A stretch of DNA of 64,000 bases from an uncultured Actinomycetes bacterium. Its GTDB lineage: Bacteria > Actinomycetota > Acidimicrobiia > Spongiisociales > DATADW01. Below, piece by piece: positions 29,669 through 40,378 of this stretch. Numbering within the stretch: position 1 is the first letter of the stretch; each line of letters opens with the position of its first letter. The stretch is from assembly GCA_963824995.1 (NCBI GenBank), contig CAWGRK010000008.1, positions 62,001-126,000 of the forward strand. The letters are read 5' to 3'. The translations under genes and the position numbers were made by a program. The notes under the pieces are model-generated. The model made no database searches. It was not told the DNA's origin and was given only the letters and a program-made list of their open reading frames with translations.

Positions 29669-30361
29669 ATGGGTGAGGCGCTCTTTTGGGGTCTTGCGGC
29701 GGGCGCAGCATTGGTTTTGGGAGGTGTCGTTGCGCTGCTCACCGATCCGTCCCCACGATTGCTTGGGCTCCTTCTCGGGTTCGGCGCGGGCGCGTTCATC
29801 AGCGCAGTTGCCTATGAACTGATCGATCTGGCTACCACGGTGGGGGGAGGGAGCGGTCGAGTGGCCTCTGGGCTAGCAGTAGGGGCAACGCTGAGTTACC
29901 TGGTGGCCAGAAGAGCTGACCGCTTGGCCGGTTCGCGTGAGGGCGTGCTCCCCGGGATCATCATCTCGGTGGTGCCCGAGGCAGTGATCGTCGTCGGGGC
30001 ACTGCTATTGGGACACGGGGTCGACATTGCTGTGATCGCTGCAGTGGCCTTGTGCGGCTTCCCCGAGGCTGTGGCTGCGACCGAGCGGCTCCAGGAGCAT
30101 GGGATGGCACCAAGCCGGATCATCCTCCTCTGGGTGGGGATGGCCCTTCTGGTGGGGCTCAGCGCCGCTGTCGGCTACACACTCCTGGAAGGAGCTGAAC
30201 AGGGTGCAGTGGCGTTTGTACTCGCCCTCGGCGGCGGGGTGGTGCTCACCCAACTGGTGGCGGTGATGATCCCCGAGGCGAGTTCGCTCAGCGGACGGGC
30301 GGTTGGGCTGGCAGGCACCGCCGGTTTCGCCCTCTCCGTGGCGCTCGTCGGTCTCGCCTAG
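29669..30361 (+). CDS. ZIP/GufA-like membrane transporter
   Basis: Multiple TM helices; GFGAGA, VPEA, FPEA, MIPEA motifs. Confidence 0.7.
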   Translation: MGEALFWGLAAGAALVLGGVVALLTDPSPRLLGLLLGFGAGAFISAVAYELIDLATTVGGGSGRVASGLAVGATLSYLVARRADRLAGSREGVLPGIIISVVPEAVIVVGALLLGHGVDIAVIAAVALCGFPEAVAATERLQEHGMAPSRIILLWVGMALLVGLSAAVGYTLLEGAEQGAVAFVLALGGGVVLTQLVAVMIPEASSLSGRAVGLAGTAGFALSVALVGLA

Positions 30362-30397
30362 CCGCAACCAAGGCCACGAGATGAAGGCTCGGCTGCC

Positions 30398-31342
30398 CTA
30401 TTCGAAGCTAACCGCCATCTTCCCCCGAACCGAGCCGGCGAAGAATCGTCCCAGGCCATCGGCACAGTCATCGAGTCGGTAGACATCGCGCACCGGGATC
30501 TCGAGCGTGCCATTTACCACGTAATCGGCCAGCGTGGCGAACGTTTCCGCGTTCGGATATGTGCCCAGGTTGGTTGCGCCGATATCCCTCTCCGCCAAGG
30601 CATCGACATCGGCGGCCGATAACGCGCTTGCCAACCGGCCACCAGCGGAGACCACATCGGCAAGTGCCGACAACGTCGGCCCGTCGCTGGCCAGGTCGAT
30701 CAATCCATCGACGCCTCCCGGGTACGACTCCCTGACGGCAGCGGCGATGTCGCCCCCGAAGTCGACAACCTCGTCGGCACCGAATCCCCTAAGGGTGTCT
30801 TCGTCGTCGGCCAGACCGGTGGCGATCACCGTCGCTCCACGTGCATGTGCCAGCTGGATCGCGTAGTTGCCCACACCACCGGTCGCCCCAACGATCAACA
30901 CTGCCTTGCCAGGCCCCGCCTGGACCCAGTCCACCGCCGCCAGGGCAGTCGAGCCGGCGAGTGGCAGCGCCGCCGCCTCGGTGAAACCGATCGTCTCGGG
31001 TTTGTGAGCCAGGTGCTGCGCGGAGACGACCACATGATCGGCCAGCGAGCCATTGCTCAGCACCATGTTGCCGATCATTCCAAAAACCTCATCACCAACG
31101 GAAAACTCGGTGACGCCGTCCCCCACCGCTTCGACGACACCTGCAAAGTCGCGACCGAGAGTGACGGGGAACTGGTGCTCGAGCATCCCCTGAAAGAACC
31201 CGGCAGCGACAACGGCATCGAATCGGTTGAGCGACGCCGCCTTCACGGCGACCAGCACCTCGTCGGGCGCGGTGATCTCCGGTGTCGGTGCCTCGATGAC
31301 GGACGGCGCCTCTCCGAAGTCGCCAAAGGCCAATGCGCGCAT
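30398..31342 (-). CDS. NADP-dependent oxidoreductase (MDR/quinone reductase family)
   Basis: AASLNRFD, GRDFAGVV, AAALPLAG, GATGGVG. Confidence 0.88.
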   Translation of the reverse strand: MRALAFGDFGEAPSVIEAPTPEITAPDEVLVAVKAASLNRFDAVVAAGFFQGMLEHQFPVTLGRDFAGVVEAVGDGVTEFSVGDEVFGMIGNMVLSNGSLADHVVVSAQHLAHKPETIGFTEAAALPLAGSTALAAVDWVQAGPGKAVLIVGATGGVGNYAIQLAHARGATVIATGLADDEDTLRGFGADEVVDFGGDIAAAVRESYPGGVDGLIDLASDGPTLSALADVVSAGGRLASALSAADVDALAERDIGATNLGTYPNAETFATLADYVVNGTLEIPVRDVYRLDDCADGLGRFFAGSVRGKMAVSFE

Positions 31343-31561
31343 TGCCAGCTCCTCTCCATCCCCCACGGAGCCACCGGCGACACACCGGCGGATCTCACCG
31401 TGCCACTCCCAGGACTCGCAGCAACCCCCGAGGGCACGCCACGACCTACTCGGACGCTACACGAAGGGCCCCCGAGGTAACCATGCCCCTCGTGACAGGA
31501 CCACATCGCTCCTGAATTGCAGGAACAGGCACCCCTTACGCCAGTTAGCCTCACTCGGCTC

Positions 31562-32533
31562 ATGGAGATCCCCGAAGGCATCGAGTTGCGTCCAATCACC
31601 GCCGAAGACCTGCCCGCGGTCCACGGTGTGATGCGCCGCAGCGAGATCAAGGACAACGAACCGTTGGTGACACCATTCGACGAGGTCGTCTCCGAGTACG
31701 AGGCGCCGTATTTCGATCCTGAGTCTGACTCTCGGCTTGCCGTCGATGGTGACGGGCGAGTGGTGGCATGGGCCAAGGTCTGGTACCGACCGAGCACCGA
31801 GCGCGAGCACCGGGCCTATCTCTTCGGAGGCGTCGACCCCGACTGGCGGCGGCGGGGCGTCGGGACCGCCGTTTTCGCCTGGCAGATGCAGCGCGGCCGA
31901 CAACTGGTGACCGAAGCGGAACCCGACCTCCCGCGAGCGGTCCGCACCAACTCCTGGGACTGGCTCGAGGACGCCATCGGCCTCTACGAGCGGTTCGGAT
32001 TGGAGCCGGTCCGCTACAACGACGTTCTCTCACGGTCATTGGCCGATCCGATCCCGGCGAAAACCGTCGTTGGATCCGAGCTGGTGCCGTGGAATGAAGT
32101 CGACTCCGAGCAGGTGCGACAAGCTCACAACGAGGCTTTCGCCGACCATTGGGGGTCGACGCCGATACCACGAGAGTCGTGGGATCACCTGAACGGGGAA
32201 CCCAACTTCCGCCCCGACCTGAGCTTCGTGGCTCATGCCGACGGTGAGGTGGTTGGGTATACCCGGAACGCCGTTTACCCCGAGGATTGGGACACCGTGG
32301 GGCGCAGGGAAGGATGGGTCGAGCAACTAGGTGTCAAGCGCTCGTGGCGCCGACGTGGGGTGGCCTCGGCGTTGCTCGCCACATCGATGCGGGCATTTCT
32401 CGACGAAGGGCTCGACCACGCCGCGCTGGGCGTGGACACCGACAACCCAACGGGTGCATACGGGCTCTACCAGGGTCTCGGTTTCAGCCAGAGACACCGC
32501 AGCGTCACCCATCAGCTGACCGTCGCCGACTGA
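31562..32533 (+). CDS. Tandem GNAT acetyltransferase
   Basis: Two acetyl-CoA motifs (VDPDWRRRGVG; VKRSWRRRGVA), LGVDTDNPTGAYGLY. Confidence 0.88.
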   Translation: MEIPEGIELRPITAEDLPAVHGVMRRSEIKDNEPLVTPFDEVVSEYEAPYFDPESDSRLAVDGDGRVVAWAKVWYRPSTEREHRAYLFGGVDPDWRRRGVGTAVFAWQMQRGRQLVTEAEPDLPRAVRTNSWDWLEDAIGLYERFGLEPVRYNDVLSRSLADPIPAKTVVGSELVPWNEVDSEQVRQAHNEAFADHWGSTPIPRESWDHLNGEPNFRPDLSFVAHADGEVVGYTRNAVYPEDWDTVGRREGWVEQLGVKRSWRRRGVASALLATSMRAFLDEGLDHAALGVDTDNPTGAYGLYQGLGFSQRHRSVTHQLTVAD

Positions 32534-32581
32534 CCGCGACACCCGGCGGCTGTCCGCTGAGGGCGTGGCGGTCCCTCGACA

Positions 32582-32590
32582 TGCCATAAT
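32582..32590 (+). promoter_or_regulatory. Extended -10 promoter candidate
   Basis: TG-C-CATAAT about 10 nt upstream of the SAM riboswitch. Confidence 0.5.
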
Positions 32591-32601
32591 CGCCACAACG
32601 C

Positions 32602-32700
32602 GTTCATCGAGAGCGGTCGAGGGACGGGCCCTGCGACACCGCGGCAACCGGCTTCTGGCACGGTGCCAATGCCCGAACGATGAGCCGCCGACAGGCGGGG
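32602..32700 (+). ncRNA. SAM riboswitch (SAM-I/IV-like)
   Basis: P1 GTTCATC/GATGAGC, ATCGAGAG, GAGGGACGGGCCC, GGCAACC..GGTGCCAA core; no P4 but a 3' hairpin CCGCC-GACA-GGCGG; upstream of metE. Confidence 0.85.
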
Positions 32701-32797
32701 CTGCTCCCGCCTCGAGGCGCTCACGAGCGCGTCGAGGACGAGAGGAGAGCGCCATGAACGTCAACCCGTGTCGTTATCACCTGGTTGGAGAAGCGCC

Positions 32798-34915
32798 GTG
32801 ACGGTGTACTCCCACCTCCTCGGGTACCCCCGGATCGGGCCGAACCGCGAGCTCAAGTGGGCCCTGGAGGGCCGCTGGTCAGGTAAGGCCAGCCCCGAGG
32901 AGTTCGAGATCCGCATCGAACAGCTTCGCCGCGATCACCTCGAAGAACAGCGCCAACTCATCGGCAGCGCCACGGACGACTTCTTCCTCTACGACCAGAC
33001 CCTGGAAACGGCGGTGATGCTGGGGGCGGTCCCCGGGTGGGCACAAGACGATGACCCCTTCGTCACGGTGTCCAACCTGGCGAGGGGCACCCCCGACCAC
33101 GAGGCATGGGAGATGACCAAGTGGTTCGACACCAACTACCACTATGTAGTCCCCGAACTGAACGATGCCCCGACCAAACTGACCCCGCTGCCGTGGCGGG
33201 CACCGGTTGAGGAGACCACCTGGGCGGTCCTCGGACCGTTCAGCCTGGTCAAACTGGCGAGGGTCGCCGGCGACCCGGTCGCCATCGCCCAGAGCGCTGG
33301 CCGGGCTCTGTGGGATATGGCCGCGACTTTCACCGACGTGCGGCTGCAATTGGACGAGCCGTGGTTGGGGCTGGAGCTCGACGAGAACGACCGCGCTCTT
33401 CTCGAAGCTGCCTATGGCGAGCTGCCGGCCGACCTCCATCCTTTGGTCACGGTCCAGTTCGGATCGGCCGACGGCGCCGCCGCCGCCTTGCTCGCCGATG
33501 CCGGGGCCGTCGTCCAGACAGAGCCGTCCAGGCTCTCCGAACGGCCCTGGCAGGGACGTGACCGTCTTCTTGTGGCCGTGATGGACGGCAGGAGCGTGTG
33601 GGCGGACCCATTCGAACCGGTGGCCGCCCTGCTCGCCCAGGTGTCCGCCGAGACCGAGGTGCTCGTCGCCCCCTCGACCTCGCTCATGTTCCTCCCCGTC
33701 ACAACGGAGGGTGAGGACCTCCCCGATGGCTTCCAATTCGCCCGCGAAAAGGCCGCCGCCTTGGCAACTTGGGTGACTGCGCTCGAAGAGGGCGGGCACC
33801 CGGCAACTCCGGCTCCATCGGTACCCGAGTTCCCCCCGGTCGGCGAGGTGGAAGCCAGGGCAACGAGAGAGGAACGGCGCGCCGCACAGGCCGATCTCGA
33901 TCTCCCCCCGTTCCCCACCACCACCACCGGGAGCCTCCCCCAGACGGCCGAGGTTCGCCGGCTTCGGGTGTCGCTGCGTCGCGGCGATATCGACCAGCGG
34001 CAGTACGACGACGAGATCGACCGACTGATCACCGACGCCGTGCATTGGCAGGAAGAGGCGGGTCTCGACGTGCTTGTCCACGGTGAATTCGAGCGGACCG
34101 ACATGGTCGAGTTCTTCGGCGAGCGGATGGATGGGTTCCTCACCACCAACAACGGGTGGGTCAACTCATACGGCTCGAGATGCGTCCGGCCCCCCATCCT
34201 GGCGGCGCCACCCTCGATCTCCGAGCCGATGACGGTGCGCGAATGGCGGGTGGCCCAGGCGGCCACCGCCAAGCCGGTTAAGGGGATGCTCACCGGGCCG
34301 GTGACAATCGTCAACTGGAGCTTCCGCCCCCCCGGCGTGCCCGACGACAAGCTGTTCTGGGCGGTTGCACTACCCATCGCCCAGGAAGTCGGCTATTTGG
34401 AGCAGGCAGGCGCACGGATCGTCCAGATCGACGAGCCGGCGGTGCGGGAGAGGTGGCCCTTGCCGACGGCCGACGCCGAACAGTTGCGCGAGGTGTACTC
34501 CAGAGGTGTCAGGGCGGCGCTGGCGAGAGTGTTCGCCGGTCCGCCTCGGGTGCAACTCCATACCCATATGTGTTACGGCGACTTCGCCGACATCGTCCCC
34601 CTATGGGGCGATGCCGGGGTGGACGTGGCCTCGGTGGAGTTTTCCCGGTCGAAGGACGAGAGCTACATCAAGCTCTTCTACGACCTGTTCGACGACGGCC
34701 ACCTCGCCATAGGCCCGGGGGTCTTCGACGTCCACAGCCCGCACAGCCCCGGCGAGGCGCTGATGGAGGAACGACTCCGCCACTTCCTCGGGTTCATGGA
34801 CCCCGTTGACATCTGGGTGAACCCCGACTGCGGCCTCAAAACGAGGACGTGGGACGAGGTGGAACGTCAGGTGGGCGAGATGGTGGGCGCCGCCAAAGCG
34901 CTGCGGGAGGGTTGA
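32798..34915 (+). CDS. metE: Cobalamin-independent methionine synthase
   Basis: GYPRIG, MTKWFDTNYHY, HGEFERTDMVE, KGMLTGP; Zn ligands HMC..E..NPDCGLKTR. Confidence 0.93.
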   Translation: MTVYSHLLGYPRIGPNRELKWALEGRWSGKASPEEFEIRIEQLRRDHLEEQRQLIGSATDDFFLYDQTLETAVMLGAVPGWAQDDDPFVTVSNLARGTPDHEAWEMTKWFDTNYHYVVPELNDAPTKLTPLPWRAPVEETTWAVLGPFSLVKLARVAGDPVAIAQSAGRALWDMAATFTDVRLQLDEPWLGLELDENDRALLEAAYGELPADLHPLVTVQFGSADGAAAALLADAGAVVQTEPSRLSERPWQGRDRLLVAVMDGRSVWADPFEPVAALLAQVSAETEVLVAPSTSLMFLPVTTEGEDLPDGFQFAREKAAALATWVTALEEGGHPATPAPSVPEFPPVGEVEARATREERRAAQADLDLPPFPTTTTGSLPQTAEVRRLRVSLRRGDIDQRQYDDEIDRLITDAVHWQEEAGLDVLVHGEFERTDMVEFFGERMDGFLTTNNGWVNSYGSRCVRPPILAAPPSISEPMTVREWRVAQAATAKPVKGMLTGPVTIVNWSFRPPGVPDDKLFWAVALPIAQEVGYLEQAGARIVQIDEPAVRERWPLPTADAEQLREVYSRGVRAALARVFAGPPRVQLHTHMCYGDFADIVPLWGDAGVDVASVEFSRSKDESYIKLFYDLFDDGHLAIGPGVFDVHSPHSPGEALMEERLRHFLGFMDPVDIWVNPDCGLKTRTWDEVERQVGEMVGAAKALREG

Positions 34916-35703
34916 TGCTCTCCACGGCGGGTGGGTTCATCGAGGTGGCGGAGGTCAATCCTCCGCTACTCCCCGATATGACCCACAGCCACTTGGAAGG
35001 CAAATGGCAACGGATCCTGGTGACCGACAACCCGTTCGGACAGGTACGCGTCTCGCCATACGCCTACGCCGCCCGGATCACCCACGACGCCCCCAGTGTG
35101 CGTCCCACGGTGGTGGTCTCCACCAGGGACCGGAACATCCTCGCCATCGAGAGCGAAGTGCGTGGCGCGTTGGGCAACGGCGTCGACTCGTTCCTGGTGG
35201 TGGTGGGGGACACGCTCCCTGAGGTAGATCACTGGGCCAACCACTACGAGATCGTCGAGCACCTCCTGGCCCTGCGGGAGCGCATGCCCGCTTTCGAGGT
35301 GGGGATGACCACCCGGTTCCGCTCGTGGCAATTCCGGCGCCGGGTGGAGTTGGGTGCCCAGTTCTTCGTCGCCGGACCGGTGCTCGACCCCGACACCGTG
35401 GAATCGAGCATGCGCCGCCTCGCCCTCGAGGAAGGAGATCCCCCGGTGTTCGTCGGGGTGGTTCCCCCCTTCTCACCCAGTTGGATAAGCCGACTGGAGT
35501 CGCATGGGGCGGTCGAGGCGACCCTGGCGATGAAAGAGAAGATCGCCTCGCTGCCCAACGGCGAACGCCGCCGGGAGGCATGGCGTCTCGCTGCCGAGAC
35601 GACCGAGCGCTGCCGTCAGAACGGGGCTGCCGGTGTGGTGCTGATGACCCTCAAGTTCTCCACCTTGGTCGGTGAGGCTGCTACCGCTTGGGGCGATAAG
35701 TAG
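34915..35703 (+). CDS. Methylenetetrahydrofolate reductase-like protein (divergent)
   Basis: EVNPP, VTDNP, TRDRN, GD motifs; TGATG coupling to metE. Confidence 0.7.
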   Translation: MLSTAGGFIEVAEVNPPLLPDMTHSHLEGKWQRILVTDNPFGQVRVSPYAYAARITHDAPSVRPTVVVSTRDRNILAIESEVRGALGNGVDSFLVVVGDTLPEVDHWANHYEIVEHLLALRERMPAFEVGMTTRFRSWQFRRRVELGAQFFVAGPVLDPDTVESSMRRLALEEGDPPVFVGVVPPFSPSWISRLESHGAVEATLAMKEKIASLPNGERRREAWRLAAETTERCRQNGAAGVVLMTLKFSTLVGEAATAWGDK

Positions 35704-35732
35704 AGGGGCGCTCGTGACCGCGGTGACCAGCG

Positions 35733-36455
35733 ATGGATGACCCCCATCGACCGCCTCCGATAACAAGTCCCAGGGTCAAGGCTCTCACGTACCCGGCATA
35801 CCAACGGGCGCTCGCCCTGCTGGCTGAACGTGACGCCGACCTCGCCAGGGCGGTGTCCGAAGCGCCCGACCCACCCTTCTGGCGACGCGTACCCGGGTTC
35901 GCCACCCTCATCCTGCTCATCCTCGAACAGCAGGTGTCGATCGCCTCGGCGCTGGCGACGTACAACCGATTGGCCGCGCTGGTGGGCGACGTGAACCCGA
36001 CGGCGCTGCTCGCATTGGACGACCTGGAGTTGAGGTCGGTTGGGTTCAGCCGACAGAAGACCCGCTATGCCCGGGCGCTGGGGCGGGCAATTCTGGAGGG
36101 TCGGCTCGACCTGCAAGCGCTCGCCGCACTGTCCGACGAAGAGGCCCGCGCCGTGCTGGTCGAGTTGCCCGGAATCGGACCATGGACCGCCGACACCTAC
36201 CTACTCTCGGCACTACGGCGACCCGACGTCTGGCCGGTGGGCGACCGAGCACTGCAGGTCGCCGCCGCCGAGGTGAAGAACCTCCCCGAGGTTCCCGGGC
36301 CCGCCGAGCTCCTCGCCCTCGCGGAGCCTTGGCGCCCCTACCGAGCCGTCGCCGCCCGCATCCTCTGGCACCACTATCTGACCATCAGAAGGAGGATGGG
36401 ACCTGTCCCCGTGAGAGTGGCGAAGCGGACAGCTGCTGTCCTCCTAGCTGCGTAA
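35733..36455 (+). CDS. DNA-3-methyladenine glycosylase (AlkA/HhH-GPD family)
   Basis: ILEQQVS, LPGIGPWTA, DVWPVGD, WRPYRAVAA. Confidence 0.88.
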   Translation: MDDPHRPPPITSPRVKALTYPAYQRALALLAERDADLARAVSEAPDPPFWRRVPGFATLILLILEQQVSIASALATYNRLAALVGDVNPTALLALDDLELRSVGFSRQKTRYARALGRAILEGRLDLQALAALSDEEARAVLVELPGIGPWTADTYLLSALRRPDVWPVGDRALQVAAAEVKNLPEVPGPAELLALAEPWRPYRAVAARILWHHYLTIRRRMGPVPVRVAKRTAAVLLAA

Positions 36456-36649
36456 CGTTCTCCCGAAAGGAGGTGGCTGTCGGTGACCTGGTTCTCGCTC
36501 GATGTGGATTCGCCGACCCGCCGGAGGACTCGCACGGTGGTGGCCGAAGTGCTGCGTTCGCTACGAAGTTCCTGTGGGAAGGTGCGTATGGTCGCCATGC
36601 CCTCGGCAATGGGACCTTTCCCGGCTGACTATCCGGAATGCGCCGCAAG

Positions 36650-36810
36650 GCGGCGTCGATCCGGCCACATCGACTTGAACTCCGACGATCAGGAAGCCGA
36701 CGTAACCAGGCTCGCGGGCTGGGCGCGACTCGGCTGTCGATCGGCCGGGTGAGGAGACGTGGGTGGTGATGGCACCGTGAGGACAACGAGTTCTGTGTGC
36801 TCACGCCGTG
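36650..36810 (+). pseudogene. Degraded VOC-family remnant
   Basis: Across shifting frames: HIDLNSDDQEADVTRL..GATR..WVVMA..EDNEFCVL. Confidence 0.5.
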
Positions 36811-36859
36811 GAGTCCTCACGAAGTCAGAGCAACGGTGGATCACTCGATTCCGGTCCTC

Positions 36860-38285
36860 TCAAGTCGGAATTGGCACCGGGGCGAACAGGACCAACCGAT
36901 CCCGGATCGACGCTTCCAACAACTCGGCGCGGATCGTGGTCCCCTCGACGAGCCCCGGTCCTTGGATGCGAGCGTGGACCGCCGGCTCCGCCAGCTGAAC
37001 CCTTCCCACGGCGTTGGCGGGGTCGTAGTCCACCACCACGCCCTCGAACACTTCACCGACCCGATGCCTCAGTACCGCTGCCTCGACCAGATCGAGGCAC
37101 TCGATGGCGTAGCGGCTGGCACGGCCCGCCCCTCGGGCCATGATGTCGGGAAGGCCGGTCATGCCGTGGAGGACCCACTCCGCCGGATCGGTGCCGGCCT
37201 CGATGGCCAGACAGGTCTCGGCGGCGTATCGGTCCACCAGCCGTCGCAGCGGGGCGGTGACATGGGCATAGAGCGATGCCACCGCGGCGTGAGGTCTTGG
37301 AGGCTGCTTCGGTCCGATCACCTGGTATCCGGCGCCGCGGAACAGGCTGGAAGCCTCGGCCAGAACCGCCGCCTCGGCGGGCTTGGCGGCGTCGAGCGAG
37401 CTGACGAAAGCTCCGTAGCCAAGCTCGTCGTGGCCACTCGACACCAAGCGCCTTGGCTGCGTGCCGCAACCGAATCACATCGCTCTCGGGGGCGGGTGAC
37501 AGGGTGCGGAGAACCCCCACACCTGCCTCCGCCATCATCCGCCCCGCCGCCATACCGGTCGCCAGCGATAGCTGTGCGTTCCACCGTTCCACATCGGGCA
37601 CCTCGCGGAATTCCAGCCGCCACCCACCATCGGCCGGCACCACCTGCTGCTCCGGCGCCGGGAGCGAGACACCCCCCCGGGCCGTCTCTCGCTCGATCCG
37701 GAGTGGGCCCAATTCGGCCAGGGGAGCCAACGATTCCGGCATTTGACCGGCCTCGAAATCCGCCTGGACGGATCGATATTCGAGTTGAGCACGGCTACGG
37801 ACCACAGCACGGCGCACCGCCGCTGCCTTCATCTCACCATCGGGATCGAAGGCAAGCTCCCAGACCGCGGCGGGGCGATCTTGGCCGGCCAGGAGCGAGC
37901 CGTTCCCTTCCGACAGGCTGAAAGGGTGGAGCGGGGTGCGCTTGTCGGGGGCGTAGAGGGTCATGGCGCGGACGCGGGTCTCTTTGTCGAGGGCACCTCC
38001 CGGGCTGACGAAGGCGGCGACGTCGGCCACCGCATACCGAAGGAGAAAACCGCTTGGCGTGCGCTCGAGGTGGATGGCCTGGTCGAGGTCCATCGACCCG
38101 GCCGGGTCCAGGGTCACGAATGGGATGTCGGTGAGATCCGTCTCCGGCATCCGAGGCGGTCTCTCGGCCTCCTCTTGTGCCTCGGCTGGATAGTGCTCGG
38201 GAACCTCGAGTTCGTCCCGAATCGCCTCCAACCCGGCCCGCACCTCCTCGTCGGGCGCGACAAACCGAAGCACTCGTTGCGGCAT
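36860..38285 (-). CDS. RNB-domain exoribonuclease (RNase II/R family; frameshift near 37435)
   Basis: TLDPAGSMDLDQA, YAVADVA, TLYAPD; YAHVTAPLRRLVDR in a second frame. Confidence 0.85.
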
Positions 38286-38318
38286 CGCCTCATGCTACGG
38301 ATCGGGTGATAGACAAAC

Positions 38319-38552
38319 GCTTCACTCCCCAAGGCTGGGGATTACCGACGCCGCAGGCGTTGGGGGAGAGGAACGGTTCACTCCCAAGGGTGCGAAAGCC
38401 GCGGGTCGAGCACCGTTGGGAGCTCGGCAGCCCCCCTACCCGCTGCTGACGCAGCGGGGCCTTTCCCCCTGTGGGAGCACAGAAGGGTCGAGGCTGTCGG
38501 TTCTTCAATACCACCGACCACCTCCCGTCCGCCGTCCGCCGTCCGCCGTCCA
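38319..38552 (-). repeat. Intergenic palindromic repeat family, copy 2
   Basis: Reverse complement of the 60265-60492 unit; GAACGGTTCACTCCCAA..GGGTCGAGCACCGTTGGGAG shared with 56108-56160; CCGTCCG tandem at the end. Confidence 0.8.
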
Positions 38553-38577
38553 CTGGGACGCCTACCCTTGGCAGGCC

Positions 38578-40365
38578 ATGGCCGACACGTACACAGCCCC
38601 CGTACGGGACATGCTCTTCGTCCTCGAGACCGTGTGCGATCTCGAGGGTTTGAGCCGCCTCGAGGGGTACGAACATGCCGATCCGGACACGGTGAGGGGA
38701 CTCCTCGAGGAAGCGGGGAGGTTCTTCTCCGAGGTGATCGCACCGCTCAACAGAGTGGGCGACCAGCAGAGATCGAGGCTCGTCGAGGGGAACGTCGTCA
38801 CACCCGATGGTTTCAAAGAGGCCTACCGCCGGTTCACGGACGCAGGGTGGCCCGGTGCACACATGCCCGCCGAGTGGGGCGGAGGCGGACTGCCTATGGC
38901 GGTGGGGATCGCAATCCAGGAAATGGTCACCTCGGCGAGCATGGCGTTCTCGCTCTGCCCATTGCTGACCCAGGCGGGGATCGAGGCGCTGGTGGCCCAC
39001 GGGACCCCGGAGCAGCAGGAGACATATCTGAGCAAGCTCGTGACCGGCGAATGGGTGGGGACGATGCACCTCACCGAGCCGCAGGCCGGCTCCGACGTGG
39101 GTGCTCTCACCACCAGGGCGGTCCGCCAGGACGACGGGACCTACCGGCTCTCTGGCACCAAGATCTTCATCACCTGGGGCGACCACGACATGACCGACAA
39201 CATCGTGCATCTCGTGCTCGCCCGCACGCCCGGTGCCGCTCCGGGGACAAAGGGGATCTCGCTGTTCCTGGTCCCCAAGTTCCTGGTGAATGCCGACGGC
39301 AGCCTCGGCGAGCGCAACGACATCAAGGTGGTGTCGTTGGAGCACAAGATGGGCATCCACGCCAGCCCCACGTGCGTGATGAGCTTTGGAGACGAGGGCG
39401 AAGGCGCTGTCGGCTACCTCATTGGAGAAGAGCAGCAGGGGATGCGGTTCATGTTCACCACGATGAACAATGCCCGGCTGGGCGTGGGGACGGAAGGTGT
39501 TGCCATCGCCGAACGGGCCTACCAGCAGGCGCTCACTTTCAGCCAGGAGCGCAGGCAGGGCCGGGCGACCGGAGCGACCGAGAGCTCGTTCATCATCGAG
39601 CACCCCGACGTACGGAGGATGCTGCTCACCCAGAAATCGCTGATCGAGGCGATGCGGGCTCTCCTCTATCACGAGGCTTCGCTGCTCGACCTGGCCGAGC
39701 GGCATCCCGACACCGATGTCTCCGGGGCGAGCGCCGAGAGGGCGGACCTCTTCACCCCGGTGGCGAAAGCGTGGTGCACCGATCTCGGGGTGGAACTCAC
39801 TTCGCTGGCTCTCCAGGTGCATGGCGGCATGGGGTATGTGGAGGAGACCGGGGTCGCCCAACACATGCGTGACAGCAGGATCGCCCCCATCTACGAGGGT
39901 ACGAACGGCATCCAGGCAATCGATCTGGTCGGCCGCAAGCTCCCGATGAGGGATGGTGGGGTCATCGCCGACCTACTCGACGACGTGGGGACGACGGTCT
40001 CCGACCTGCGGGAAGCCGGGATGTCGAGTGAGGCCGAGGCGCTCGATTCCGCCCTCTCCTCGGTGAAGGTCGCGACCTCCTGGCTGCTGACCCGACGACC
40101 GGAAGCCCCCGACGACGCGCTCGCCGGCGCTACCCCTTACCTACGGATGCTCGGCTTCACCATCGGAGGATGGCTGCTCGCTCGTGAGGCGCTGGCTCTT
40201 GGTGAGCGCGAGGGCGAAGACAGTGGTTGGGTCGATGCCAAGACGGCGACCTTCTCCTTCTACGCCACACAGATGCTGCCCCAGGTAATGGGGCTGTTCC
40301 CATCGGTGGTTGCGGGCGCCTCTCCGCTCTTCTCGATCGAGCCCAAGTACATGGCAGGTGGGTGA
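38578..40365 (+). CDS. Acyl-CoA dehydrogenase
   Basis: GTMHLTEPQAGSD, GTKIFIT, EHKMGIHASPT, QVHGGMG, IYEGTNGIQ. Confidence 0.93.
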   Translation: MADTYTAPVRDMLFVLETVCDLEGLSRLEGYEHADPDTVRGLLEEAGRFFSEVIAPLNRVGDQQRSRLVEGNVVTPDGFKEAYRRFTDAGWPGAHMPAEWGGGGLPMAVGIAIQEMVTSASMAFSLCPLLTQAGIEALVAHGTPEQQETYLSKLVTGEWVGTMHLTEPQAGSDVGALTTRAVRQDDGTYRLSGTKIFITWGDHDMTDNIVHLVLARTPGAAPGTKGISLFLVPKFLVNADGSLGERNDIKVVSLEHKMGIHASPTCVMSFGDEGEGAVGYLIGEEQQGMRFMFTTMNNARLGVGTEGVAIAERAYQQALTFSQERRQGRATGATESSFIIEHPDVRRMLLTQKSLIEAMRALLYHEASLLDLAERHPDTDVSGASAERADLFTPVAKAWCTDLGVELTSLALQVHGGMGYVEETGVAQHMRDSRIAPIYEGTNGIQAIDLVGRKLPMRDGGVIADLLDDVGTTVSDLREAGMSSEAEALDSALSSVKVATSWLLTRRPEAPDDALAGATPYLRMLGFTIGGWLLAREALALGEREGEDSGWVDAKTATFSFYATQMLPQVMGLFPSVVAGASPLFSIEPKYMAGG

Positions 40366-40378
40366 CGGGTCACCTGGG

